This document shows, piece after piece, positions 50,040 through 64,000 of a stretch of DNA of 64,000 nt. Below the pieces are notes generated by a model. The model was not told the DNA's origin and searched no databases. It saw only the letters and a list, made by a program, of their open reading frames with translations. This stretch comes from Eledone cirrhosa. Its lineage: Eukaryota. The stretch covers positions 93,744,001 through 93,808,000 of the forward strand of contig OZ024747.1 of NCBI GenBank assembly GCA_964016885.1, written 5' to 3'. The position numbers and the translations under genes are program-made. Position 1 is the first letter of the stretch. Each line of letters opens with the position of its first letter.

Positions 50040-50222
50040 ATGTTATGTGAGATATTATGTGAGGTAAAGCCTTTACCGTGAAAATACAATCGTATATATA
50101 GAGTAATGTAAATGTTATGTGAGATATTATGTGAGGTAAAGCCTTTACTGTGACAATACAATAGTATATATAGAGTAATGTAAATGTTATGTGAGATATT
50201 ATGTGAGGTAAAGCCTTTACTG
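50040..50222. repeat. 72-bp array, right flank of the Tx1 element
   Basis: Same unit as 23065. Confidence 0.9.
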
Positions 50223-50225
50223 CGA

Positions 50226-51296
50226 AAGGATGCAGTTTCACGACAGCTAACAACTGATGCAGATAGTTTGTTCCATGGAGGTTTTAAAGGATGCAGAGTC
50301 TCGACAGCTAACAACTGACGCAGGTAGTTTGTTCCATGGAGGTTTTAAAGGATACAGTGTCTCGACAGCTAACGACTGATGCAGGTAGTTTGTTCCATGT
50401 AGGTTTTAAAGGATGCAGTGTCTCGACAGCTAACAACTGACGCAGGTAGTTTGTTCCATGGAGATTTTAAAGGATGCAGTGTCTGGACAGCTAACAACTG
50501 ATGCAGGTAGTTTGTTCCATGGAGATTTTAAAGGATGCAGTGTCTCGACAGCTAACAACTGATGCAGGTAGTTTGTTCCATGGAGATTTTAAAGGATGCA
50601 GTGTCTCGACAGCTAACAACTGACGCAGGTGGATTGTTCCATGGAGGTTTTAAAGGATGCAGTGTCTCGACAGCTAACAACTGATGCAGGTAGTTAGGTT
50701 CCATGGAGGTTTTAAAGGATGCAGTGTCTCGACAGCTAACAACTGATGCAGGTAGTTTGTTCCATGGAGGTTTTAAAGGATGCAGTGTCTCGACAGCTAA
50801 CAACTGATACAGGTAGTTTGTTCCATGGAGGTTTTAAAGGATGCAGTGTCTCGACAGCTAACAACTGATGCAGGTAGTTTGTTCCATGGAGGTTTTAAAG
50901 GATGCAGTGTCTCGACAGCTAACAACTGATGCAGGTAGTTTGTTCCATGGAGGTTTTAAAGGATGCAGTGTCTCGACAGCTAACAACTGATACAGGTAGT
51001 TTGTTCCATGGAGGTTTTAAAGGATGCAGTGTCTCGACAGCTAACAACTGATGCAGGTAGTTTGTTCCATGGAGGTTTTAAAGGATGCAGTGTCTCGACA
51101 GCTAACAACTGATGCAGGTAGTTTGTTCCATGGAGGTTTTAAAGGATGCAGTGTCTCGACAACTAACAACTGATGCAGGTAGTTTGTTCCATGGAAGTTT
51201 TAAAAGATGCAGTGTCTCGACAGCTAACAACTGATGCAGATAGTTTATTCCATGCTTCAGCAACTCTGAGCGTGAAAAAATGTTTCCGAAAGTCAT
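50226..51296 (-). mobile_element. CR1/L2-like fragment with 61-bp array (~17 units)
   Basis: Same unit as 21180; short unique LINE segment at 51255-51296. Confidence 0.88.
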
Positions 51297-51488
51297 ATTA
51301 CTTCTTTCGCCATAGCCACCAGACAAAGGAAAGCCATCTCTCCTTCATTGTTAGATGAAGGTGGAGTGGCTGATCTTCACGATGGACTCGGCTGTCAACT
51401 GGATGTGTCCCACATGTGACAGTAGATAGAGGGGCAATGTAGAACAGCAAGGAAGAGAGTAAGGAAGGGAATAATGCAGAAAGTTTAC

Positions 51489-51606
51489 CTTGGAAAGGAG
51501 AATGTTTCAATAGAAGTGAGTGGAGGCAGGCTGTAGCTGTTTCTTCTAGCCACGACAACAATGAGGAGTGGTGTTCACTATCTTCTGAACCTTCGCTTTC
51601 GTGGTG
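51489..51606 (-). CDS. MEI1: MEI1 internal exon, first in window (HHESEGSEDSEHHSSLLSWLEETATACLHSLLLKHSPFQ+G)
   Basis: Minus strand ttattccag|CAC...CAAG|gtaaac; 118 nt, phase 0 to 1; joins in frame to exon 43937-44035. Confidence 0.7.
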
Positions 51607-51622
51607 CTGGAATAACACACAA

Positions 51623-54600
51623 GATAATGTAGTCCTAGATACACTATGTCTGATAACCACTAATACTAACTACTGTACTCTACATTAGATAATGTAGTCC
51701 TAGATACACTATGTCTGATAGCCACTAATACTAACTACTGTACTGTACATTAGATAATGTAGTCCTAGATATACTATGTCTGATAGCCACTAATACTAAC
51801 TACTGTACTGTACATTAGATAATGTAGTCCTAGATATACTATGTCTGATAGCCACGAATACTAACTACTGTACATTAGATAATGTCGTCCTAGATACACT
51901 ATGATGATAGCTACTAATACTAACTACTGTACTGTACATTAGATAATGTAGTCCTAGATATACTATGTCTAATAGCCACTAATACTAACTACTGTACTGT
52001 ACATTAGATAATGTAGTCCTAGATACAGTATCTCTGATAGCCACTAATACTAACTACTATACTGTACATTAGATAATGTAGTCCTAGATACACTATGTCG
52101 GATAGCCACTAATACTAACTGCTGTACTGTACATTAGATAATGTAGTCCTAGATATACTATGTCTGATAGCCACTACTACTGTACTGTACGTTAGATAAT
52201 GTAGTCCTAGATATACTATGTCTGATAGCCACTAATACTAACTACTGTACATTAGATAATGTAGTCCTAGATACACTATGATGATAGCTACTAATACTAA
52301 CTACTGTACTGTACATTAGATAATGTAGTCCTAGATATACTATGTCTAATAGCCACTAATACTAACTACTGTACTGTACAGTAGATAATGTAGTCCTAGA
52401 TACAGTATGTCTGATAGCCACTAATACTAACTACTATACTGTACATTAGATAATGTAGTCCTAGATACACTATGTCTGATAGCCACTAATACTAACTACT
52501 GTACTCTACATTAGATAATGTAGTCCTAGATATACCATGTCTGATAGCCACTAATACTAACTACTGTACTGTACATTAGATAATGTAGTCCTAGATACTC
52601 TATGTCTGATAGCCACCAATACTAACTACTGTAATGTACATTAGATAATGTAGTCCTAGATACACTATGTCTGATAGCCACTAATACTAACTACTGTACA
52701 TTAGATAATGTAGTCCTAGATACACTATGTCTGATAGCCACTAATACTAACTACTGTACTGTACATTAGATAATGTAGTCCTAGATACAGTATGTCTGAT
52801 AGCCACTAATACTAACTACTGTACTGTACATTAGATAATGTAGTCCTAGATACACTATGTCTGATAGCCACTAATACTAACTACTGTACTCTACATTAGA
52901 TAATGTAGTCGTAGATATACCATGTCTGATAGCCACTAATACTAACTACTGTACTGTACATTAGATAATGTAGTCCTAGATACTCTATGTCTGATAGCCA
53001 CCAATACTAACTACTGTACTGTACATTAGATAATGTAGTCCTAGATACACTATGTCTGATAACCACTAATACTAACTACTGTACTCTACATTAGATAATG
53101 TAGTCCTAGATATACCATGTCTGATAGCCACTAATACTAACTACTGTACATTAGATAATGTAGTCCGAGATACACTATGTCTGATAGCTACTAATACTAA
53201 CTACTGTACTGTACATTAGATAATGTAGTCCTAGATACACTATGTCTGATAGCCACTAATACTAACTACTGTACATTAGATAATGTAGTCCTAGATACAC
53301 TATGATAATAGCTACTAATACTAACTACTGTACTGTACATTAGATAATGTAGTCCTAGATATACTATGTCTAATAGCCACTAATACTAACTACTGTACTG
53401 TACATTAGATAATGTAGTCCTAGATACAGTATGTCTGATAGCCAATAATACTAACTACTATACTGTACATTAGATAATGTAGTCCTAGATACACTATGTC
53501 TGATAGCCACTAATACTAACTACTGTACTGTACATTATATAATGTAGTCCTAGATATACTATGTCTGATAGCCACTAATACTAACTACTGTACTGTACAT
53601 TAGATAATGTAGTCCTAGATATACTATGTCTGATAGCCACTAATATTAACTACTGTACTGTACATTAGATAATGTAGTCCTAGATACAGTATGTCTGATA
53701 GCCAATAATACTAACTACTATACTGTACATTAGATAATGTAGTCCTAGATACACTATGTCTGATAGCCACTAATACTAACTACTGTACTGTACATTATAT
53801 AATGTAGTCCCAGATATACTATGTCTGATAGCCACTAATACTAACTACTGTACTGTACATTAGATAATGTAGTCCTAGATATACTATGTCTGATATCCAC
53901 TAATATTAACTACTGTACTGTACATTAGATAATGTAGTCCTAGATATACTATGTCTAATAGCCACTAATACTAACTACTGTACTGTACATTAGATAATGT
54001 AGTCCTAGATACAGTATGTCTGATAGCCAATATTACTAACTACTATACTGTACATTAGATAATGTAGTCCTAGATACACTATGTCTGATAGCCACTAATA
54101 CTAACTACTGTACTGTACATTAGATAATGTAGTCCTAGATACAGTATGTCTGATAGCCACTAATACTAACTACTGTACTGTACATTAGATAATGTAGTCC
54201 TAGATACACTATGTCTGATAGCCACTAATACTAACCACTGTACTCTACATTAGATAATGTAGTCCTAGATATACCATGTCTGATAGCCACTAATACTAAC
54301 TACTGTACTGTACATTAGATAATGTAGTCCTAGATACTCTATGTCTGATAGCCACCAATACTAACTACTGTACTGTACATTAGATAATGTAGTCCTAGAT
54401 ACACTATGTCTGATAACCACTAATACTAACTACTATACTCTACATTAGATAATGTAGTCCTAGATATACCATGTCTGATAGCCACTAATACTAACTACTG
54501 TACTTTAGATAATGTAGTCCTATATACACTATGTCTAATAGCCACTAATAGTAACTACTGTACTGTACATTAGATAATGTAGTCCTAGATACAGTATGTC

Positions 54601-57600
54601 TGATAGCCAATAATACTAACTACTATACTGTACATTAGATAATGTAGTCCTAGATACACTATGTCTGATAGCCACTAATACTAACTACTGTACTGTACAT
54701 TATATAATGTAGTCCTAGATATACTATGTCTGATAGCCACTAATACTAACTACTGTACTGTACATTAGATAATGTAGTCCTAGATATACTATGTCTGATA
54801 GCCACTAATATTAACTACTGTACCGTATATTAGATAATGTAGTCCTAGATATACTATGTCTGATAGCCACTAATACTAACTACTGTACATTAGATAATGT
54901 AGTCCTAGATACACTATGATGATAGCTACTAATACTAACGACTGTACTGTACATTAGATAATGTAGTCCTAGATATACTATGTCTAATAGCCACTAATAC
55001 TAACTACTGTACTGTACATTAGATAATGTAGTCCTAGATACAGTATGTCTGATAGCCACTAATACTAACTACTATACTGTACATTAGATAATGTAGTCCT
55101 AGATAGACTATGTCTGATAGCCACTAATACTAACTACTGTACTGTACATTAGATAATGTAGTCCTAGATATACTATGTCTGATAGCCACTAATACTAACT
55201 ACTGTACTGTACATTAGATAATGTAGTCCTAGATATACTATGTCTGATAGCCACTAATACTAACTACTGTACACTAGATAATGTAGTCCTAGATACACTA
55301 TGATGATAGCTACTAATACTAACTACTGTACTGTACATTAGATAATGTAGTCCTAGATATACTATGTCTAATATCCACTAATACTAACTACTGTACTGTA
55401 CATTAGATAATGTAGTCCTAGATACAGTATGTCTGATAGCCACTAATACTAACTACTATACTGTACATTAGATAATGTAGTCCTAGATACACTATGTCTG
55501 ATAGCCACTAATACTAACTACTGTACTCTACATTAGATAATGTAGTCCTAGATATAGAATGTCTGATAGCCACTAATTCTAACTACTATACTGTACATTA
55601 GATAATGTAGTCCTAGATATACCATGTCTGATAGCCACTAATACTAACTACTGTACTGTACATTAGATAATGTAGTCCTAGGTACTCTATGTCTGATAGC
55701 CACTAATACTAACTACTGTAATGTACATTAGATAATGTAGTCCTAGATACACTATGTCTGATAACCACTAATACTAACTACTGTACTGTACATTAGATAA
55801 TGTAGTCCTAGATACACTATGTCTGATAGCCACTAATACTAACTACTGTACATTAGATAATGTAGTCTTAGATACACTATGTCTGATAGCCACTAATACT
55901 AACTACTGTACTGTACATTAGATAATGTAGTCCTAGATACAGTATGTCTGATAGCCACTAATACTAACTACTGTACTGTACATTAGATAATGTAGTCCTA
56001 GATACACTATGTCTGATAGCCACTAATACTAACTACTGTACTCTACATTAGATAATGTAGTCGTAGATATACCATGTCTGATAGCCACTAATACTAACTA
56101 CTGTACTGTACATTAGATAATGTAGTCCTAGATACTCTATGTCTGATAGCCACCAATACTAACTACTGTACTGTACATTAGATAATGTAGTCCTAGATAC
56201 ACTATGTCTGATAACCACTAATACTAACTACTGTACTCTACATTAGATAATGTAGTCCTAGATATACCATGTCTGATAGCCACTAATACTAACTACTGTA
56301 CATTAGATAATGTAGTCCGAGATACACTATGTCTGATAGCTACTAATACTAACTACTGTACTGTACATTAGATAATGTAGTCCTAGATACACTATGTCTG
56401 ATAGCCACTAATACTAACTACTGTACATTAGATAATGTAGTCCTAGATACACTATGATGATAGCTACTAATACTAACGACTGTACTGTACATTAGATAAT
56501 GTAGTCCTAGATATACTATGTCTAATAGCCACTAATACTAACTACTGTACTGTACATTAGATAATGTAGTCCTAGATACAGTATGTCTGATAGCCAATAT
56601 TACTAACTACTATACTGTACATTAGATAATGTAGTCCTAGATACACTATGTCTGATAGCCACTAATACTAACTACTGTACTGTACATTAGATAATGTAGT
56701 CCTAGATACAGTATGTCTGATAGCCACTAATACTAACTACTGTACTGTACATTAGATAATGTAGTCCTAGATACACTATGTCTGATAGCCACTAATACTA
56801 ACCACTGTACTCTACATTAGATAATGTAGTCCTAGATATACCATGTCTGATAGCCACTAATACTAACTACTGTACTGTACATTAGATAATGTAGTCCTAG
56901 ATACTCTATGTCTGATAGCCACCAATACTAACTACTGTACTGTACATTAGATAATGTAGTCCTAGATACACTATGTCTGATAACCACTAATACTAACTAC
57001 TATACTCTACATTAGATAATGTAGTCCTAGATATACCATGTCTGATAGCCACTAATACTAACTACTGTACTTTAGATAATGTAGTCCTATATACACTATG
57101 TCTAATAGCCACTAATAGTAACTACTGTACTGTACATTAGATAATGTAGTCCTAGATACAGTATGTCTGATAGCCAATAATACTAACTACTATACTGTAC
57201 ATTAGATAATGTAGTCCTAGATACACTATGTCTGATAGCCACTAATACTAACTACTGTACTGTACATTATATAATGTAGTCCTAGATATACTATGTCTGA
57301 TAGCCACTAATACTAACTACTGTACTGTACATTAGATAATGTAGTCCTAGATATACTATGTCTGATAGCCACTAATATTAACTACTGTACCGTATATTAG
57401 ATAATGTAGTCCTAGATATACTATGTCTGATAGCCACTAATACTAACTACTGTACATTAGATAATGTAGTCCTAGATACACTATGATGATAGCTACTAAT
57501 ACTAACGACTGTACTGTACATTAGATAATGTAGTCCTAGATATACTATGTCTAATAGCCACTAATACTAACTACTGTACTGTACATTAGATAATGTAGTC

Positions 57601-60600
57601 CTAGATACAGTATGTCTGATAGCCACTAATACTAACTACTATACTGTACATTAGATAATGTAGTCCTAGATACACTATGTCTGATAGCCACTAATACTAA
57701 CTACTGTACTGTACATTAGATAATGTAGTCCTAGATATACTATGTCTGATAGCCACTAATACTAACTACTGTACTGTACATTAGATAATGTAGTCCTAGA
57801 TATACTATGTCTGATAACCACTAATACTAACTACTGTACTCTACATTAGATAATGTAGTCCTAGATATACCATGTCTGATAGCCACTAATACTAACTACT
57901 GTACATTAGATAATGTAGTCCTAGATACACTATGATAATAGCTACTAATACTAACTACTGTACTGTACATTAGATAATGTAGTCCTAGATATACTATGTC
58001 TGATAGCCACTAATACTAACTACTGTACTGTACATTAGATAATGTAGTCCTAGATACAGTATGTCTGATAGCCAATAATACTAACTACTATACTGTACAT
58101 TAGATAATGTAGTCCTAGATACACTATATCTGATAGCCACTAATACTAACTACTGTACTCTACATTAGATAATGTAGTCCTAGATATAGTATGTCTGATA
58201 GCCACTAATACTAACTACTATACTGTACATTAGATAATGTAGTCCTAGATATACCATGTCTGATAGCCACTAATACTAACTACTGTACTGTACATTAGAT
58301 AATGTAGTCCTAGATACTCTATGTCTGATAGCCACCAATACTAACTACTGTAATGTACATTAGATAATGTAGTCCTAGATACACTATGTCTGATAACCAC
58401 TAATACTAACTACTGTACTGTACATTAGATAATGTAGTCCTAGATACACTATGTCTGATAGCCACTAATACTAACTACTGTACATTAGATAATGTAGTGC
58501 TAGATACACTATGTCTGATAGCCACTAATACTAACTACTGTACTCTACATTAGATAATGTAGTCCTAGATATACTATGTCTGATAGCCACTAATACTAAC
58601 TACTGTACATTAGATAATGTAGTCCTAGATATACTATGTCTGATAACCACTAATACTAACTACTGTACTCTACATTAGATAATGTAGTCCTAGATATACC
58701 ATGTCTGATAGCCACTAATACTAACTACTGTACATTAGATAATGTAGTCCTAGATACACTATGATAATAGCTACTAATACTAACTACTGTACTGTACATT
58801 AGATAATGTAGTCCTAGATATACTATGTCTGATAGCCACTAATACTAACTACTGTACTGTACATTAGATAATGTAGTCCTAGATATAGTATGTCTGATAG
58901 CCACTAATACTAACTACTATACTGTACATTAGATAATGTAGTCCTAGATATACCATGTCTGATAGCCACTAATACTAACTACTGTACATTAGATAATGTA
59001 GTCTTAGATACACTATGTCTGATAGCCACTAATACTAACTACTGTACTGTACATTAGATAATGTAGTCCTAGATACAGTATGTCTGATAGCCACTAATAC
59101 TAACTACTGTACTGTACATTAGATAATGTAGTCCTAGATACACTATGTCTGATAGCCACTAATACTAACTACTGTACTCTACATTAGATAATGTAGTCGT
59201 AGATATACCATGTCTGATAGCCACTAATACTAACTACTGTACTGTACATTAGATAATGTAGTCCTAGATACTCTATGTCTGATAGCCACCAATACTAACT
59301 ACTGTACTGTACATTAGATAATGTAGTCCTAGATACACTATGTCTGATAACCACTAATACTAACTACTGTACTCTACATTAGATAATGTAGTCCTAGATA
59401 TACCATGTCTGATAGCCACTAATACTAACTACTGTACATTAGATAATGTAGTCCGAGATACACTATGTCTGATAGCTACTAATACTAACTACTGTACTGT
59501 ACATTAGATAATGTAGTCCTAGATGCACTATGTCTGATAGCCACTAATACTAACTACTGTACATTAGATAATGTAGTCCTAGATACACTATGATGATAGC
59601 TACTAATACTAACGACTGTACTGTACATTAGATAATGTAGTCCTAGATATACTATGTCTAATAGCCACTAATACTAACTACTGTACTGTACATTAGATAA
59701 TGTAGTCCTAGATACACTATGTCTGATAGCCACTAATACTAACTACTGTACATTAGATAATGTAGTCCTAGATACACTATGATGATAGCTACTAATACTA
59801 ACGACTGTACTGTACATTAGATAATGTAGTCCTAGATATACTATGTCTAATAGCCACTAATACTAACTACTGTACTGTACATTAGATAATGTAGTCCTAG
59901 ATACAGTATGTCTGATAGCCAATATTACTAACTACTATACTGTACATTAGATAATGTAGTCCTAGATACACTATGTCTGATAGCCACTAATACTAACTAC
60001 TGTACCCCTACATTAGATAATGTAGTCCTAGATACAGTATGTCTGATAGCCACTAATACTAACTACTGTACTGTACATTAGATAATGTAGTCCTAGATAC
60101 ACTATGTCTGATAGCCACTAATACTAACCACTGTACTGTACATTAGATAATGTAGTCCTAGATATACCATGTCTGATAGCCACTAATACTAACTACTGTA
60201 CTGTACATTAGATAATGTAGTCCTAGATACTCTATGTCTGATAGCCACCAATACTAACTACTGTACTGTACATTAGATAATGTAGTCCTAGATACACTAT
60301 GTCTGATAACCACTAATACTAACTACTATACTCTACATTAGATAATGTAGTCCTAGATATACCATGTCTGATAGCCACTAATACTAACTACTGTACTTTA
60401 GATAATGTAGTCCTATATACACTATGTCTAATAGCCACTAATAGTAACTACTGTACTGTACATTAGATAATGTAGTCCTAGATACAGTATGTCTGATAGC
60501 CAATAATACTAACTACTATACTGTACATTAGATAATGTAGTCCTAGATACACTATGTCTGATAGCCACTAATACTAACGACTGTACTGTACATTAGATAA

Positions 60601-63600
60601 TGTAGTCCTAGATATACTATGTCTAATAGCCACTAATACTAACTACTGTACTGTACATTAGATAATGTAGTCCTAGATACAGTATGTCTGATAGCCACTA
60701 ATACTAACTACTATACTGTACATTAGATAATGTAGTCCTAGATACACTATGTCTGATAGCCACTAATACTAACTACTGTACTGTACATTAGATAATGTAG
60801 TCCTAGATATACTATGTCTGATAGCCACTAATACTAACTACTGTACTGTACATTAGATAATGTAGTCCTAGATATACTATGTCTGATAACCACTAATACT
60901 AACTACTGTACTCTACATTAGATAATGTAGTCCTAGATATACCATGTCTGATAGCCACTAATACTAACTACTGTACATTAGATAATGTAGTCCTAGATAC
61001 ACTATGATAATAGCTACTAATACTAACTACTGTACTGTACATTAGATAATGTAGTCCTAGATATACTATGTCTGATAGCCACTAATACTAACTACTGTAC
61101 TGTACATTAGATAATGTAGTCCTAGATATACTATGTCTGATAGCCACTAATACTAACTACTGTACTGTACATTAGATAATGTAGTCCTAGATATACTATG
61201 TCTGATAGCCACTAATACTAACTACTGTACTGTACATTAGATAATGTAGTCCTAGATATACTATGTCTGATAGCCACTAATACTAACTACTGTACACTAG
61301 ATAATGTAGTCCTAGATACACTATGATGATAGCTACTAATACTAACTACTGTACTGTACATTAGATAATGTAGTCCTAGATATACTATGTCTAATATCCA
61401 CTAATACTAACTACTGTACTGTACATTAGATAATGTAGTCCTAGATACAGTATGTCTGATAGCCACTAATACTAACTACTATACTGTACATTAGATAATG
61501 TAGTCCTAGATAGACTATGTCTGATAGCCACTAATACTAACTACTGTACTCTACATTAGATAATGTAGTCCTAGATATACCATGTCTGATAGCCACTAAT
61601 ACTAACTACTGTACTGTACATTAGTTAATGTAGTCATAGATACAGTATTTCTGATAGCCACTAATACTAACTACTGTACATTAAATAATGTAGTCCTAGA
61701 TATACTATGTCTAATAGCCACTAATACTAACTACTGTACTGTACATTAGATAATGTAGTCCTAGATACAGTATGTCTGATAGCCAATAATACTAACTACT
61801 ATACTGTACATTAGATAATGTAGTCCTAGATACACTATATCTGATAGCCACTAATACTAACTACTGTACTCTACATTAGATAATGTAGTCCTAGATATAG
61901 TATGTCTGATAGCCACTAATACTAACTACTATACTGTACATTAGATAATGTAGTCCTAGATATACCATGTCTGATAGCCACTAATACTAACTACTGTACT
62001 GTACATTAGATAATGTAGTCCTAGATACTCTATGTCTGATAGCCACCAATACTAACTACTGTAATGTACATTAGATAATGTAGTACTAGATACACTATGT
62101 CTGATAACCACTAATACTAACTACTGTACTGTACATTAGATAATGTAGTCCTAGATACACTATGTCTGATAGCCACTAATACTAACTACTGTACATTAGA
62201 TAATGTAGTGCTAGATACACTATGTCTGATAGCCACTAATACTAACTACTGTACTCTACATTAGATAATGTAGTCCTAGATATACTATGTCTGATAGCCA
62301 CTAATACTAACTACTGTACATTAGATAATGTAGTCCTAGATATACTATGTCTGATAACCATTAATACTAACTACTGTACTCTACATTAGATAATGTAGTC
62401 CTAGATATACCATGTCTGATAGCCACTAATACTAACTACTGTACATTAGATAATGTAGTCCTAGATACACTATGATAATAGCTACTAATACTAACTACTG
62501 TACTGTACATTAGATAATGTAGTCCTAGATATACTATGTCTGATAGCCACTAATACTAACTACTGTACTGTACATTAGATAATGTAGTCCTAGATATAGT
62601 ATGTCTGATAGCCACTAATACTAACTACTATACTGTACATTAGATAATGTAGTCCTAGATATACCATGTCTGATAGCCACTAATACTAACTACTGTACTG
62701 TACAATAGATAATGTAGTCCTAGATACACTATGTCTGATAGCCACTAATACTAACTATTGTACTGTACATTAGATAATGTAGTCCTAGATATACTATGTC
62801 TGATAGCCACTAATACTAACTACTGTGCTGTACATTAGATAATGTAGTCATAGATACAGTATGTCTGATAGCCACTAATACTAACTACTGTACTGTACAT
62901 TAGATAATGTAGTCCTAGATACACTATGATGATAGCTACTAATACTAACGACTGTACTGTACATTAGATAATGTAGTCCTAGATATACTATGTCTAATAG
63001 CCACTAATACTAACTACTGTACTGTACATTAGATAATGTAGTCCTAGATACAGTATGTCTGATAGCCAATAATACTAACTACTATACTGTACATTAGATA
63101 ATGTAGTCCTAGATACACTATGTCTGATAGCCACTAATACTAACTACTGTACTGTACATTATATAATGTAGTCCTAGATATACTATGTCTGATAGCCACT
63201 AATACTAACTACTGTATTGTACATTAGATAATGTAGTCCTAGATATACTACGTCTGATAGCCACTAATACTAACTACTGTACATTAGATAATGTAGTCCT
63301 AGATACACTATGATGATAGCTACTAATACTAACTACTGTACTGTACATTAGATAATGTAGTCCTAGATATACTATGTCTAATAGCCACTAATACTAACTA
63401 CTGTACTGTACATTAGATAATGTAGTCCTAGATACAGTATGTCTTATGGCCACTAATATTAACTACTATACTGTACATTAGATAATGTAGTCCTAGATAC
63501 ACTATATCTGATAGCCACTAATACTAACTACTGTAATCTACATTAGATAATGTAGTCCTAGATATAGTATGTCTGATAGCCACTAATACTAACTACTATA

Positions 63601-64000
63601 CTGTACATTAGATAATGTAGTCCTAGATATACCATGTCTGATAGCCACCAATACTAACTACTGTAATGTACATTAGATAATGTAGTCCTAGATACACTAT
63701 GTCTGATAACCACTAATACTAACTACTGTACTGTACATTAGATAATGTAGTCCTAAACACACTATGTCTGATAGCCACTAATACTAACTACTGTACATTA
63801 GATAATGTAGTCATAGATACACTATGTCTGATAGCCACTAATACTAACTACTGTACTGTACATTAGATAATGTAGTCCTAGATACAGTATGTCTGATAGC
63901 CACTAATACTAACTACTGTACTCTACATTAGATAATGTAGTCCTAGATATACTATGTCTGATAGCCACTAATAGTAACTACTGTACATTAGATAATGTAG
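51623..64000. repeat. 65-bp satellite array (with ~58-60-bp variants), at least 12.4 kb, running off the window
   Basis: Unit tagataatgtagtcctagatacactatgtctgatagccactaatactaactactgtactgtacat. Confidence 0.97.

Noticed and set aside
51298-51488. Distal part of ORF 51298-51660 as coding
   Set aside because: It lies beyond a good donor (CAAG|gtaaac), and the exon chain is already in frame without it.
51623-64000. TACTAAC branch-point consensus followed by AG in every satellite unit
   Set aside because: It lies on the strand opposite MEI1, lacks a polypyrimidine tract and has no supporting plus-strand gene; the unit's ctgatag is also not a hammerhead core (no GAAA partner).

Overview
AT-rich eukaryotic genomic DNA, very dense in repeats and probably from an octopus or other cephalopod. 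That assignment is inferred from [16 protein letters not shown]-type C2H2 fingers, CORE/Meta-type tRNA SINEs, RTE LINEs and pervasive (TA)n/(CA)n/(TACA)n tracts. The ORF track misses the host gene. Nine GT-AG-bounded, phase-compatible minus-strand exons (51606 down to 17272; 1152 nt, 383 aa plus stop) encode a protein I recognise from memory as the C-terminal part of MEI1, the meiotic double-strand-break factor. Damaged MEI1 N-terminal-like exons lie on the opposite strand just downstream, suggesting an inverted partial duplicate. The introns and flanks hold three large RTE-clade LINEs with a PHD finger inside the RT region, a near-full-length Naiad-type Penelope element, and a Tx1/L1-clade element with an intact ORF2 inside the 72-bp array of a piggyBac-like MITE. 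They also hold SINEs with their partner LINE, bipartite RTE-derived elements, a mariner remnant, a C2H2 ZNF remnant, LINE-derived 61-bp and 79-bp minisatellites, and a 65-bp satellite of at least 12 kb with higher-order structure. I read 13 hammerhead-ribozyme motifs of about 7 sequence families directly from the sequence, two of them in ~500-580-bp non-coding retrozyme-like tandem units. All homology calls are from recognition, not database searches.
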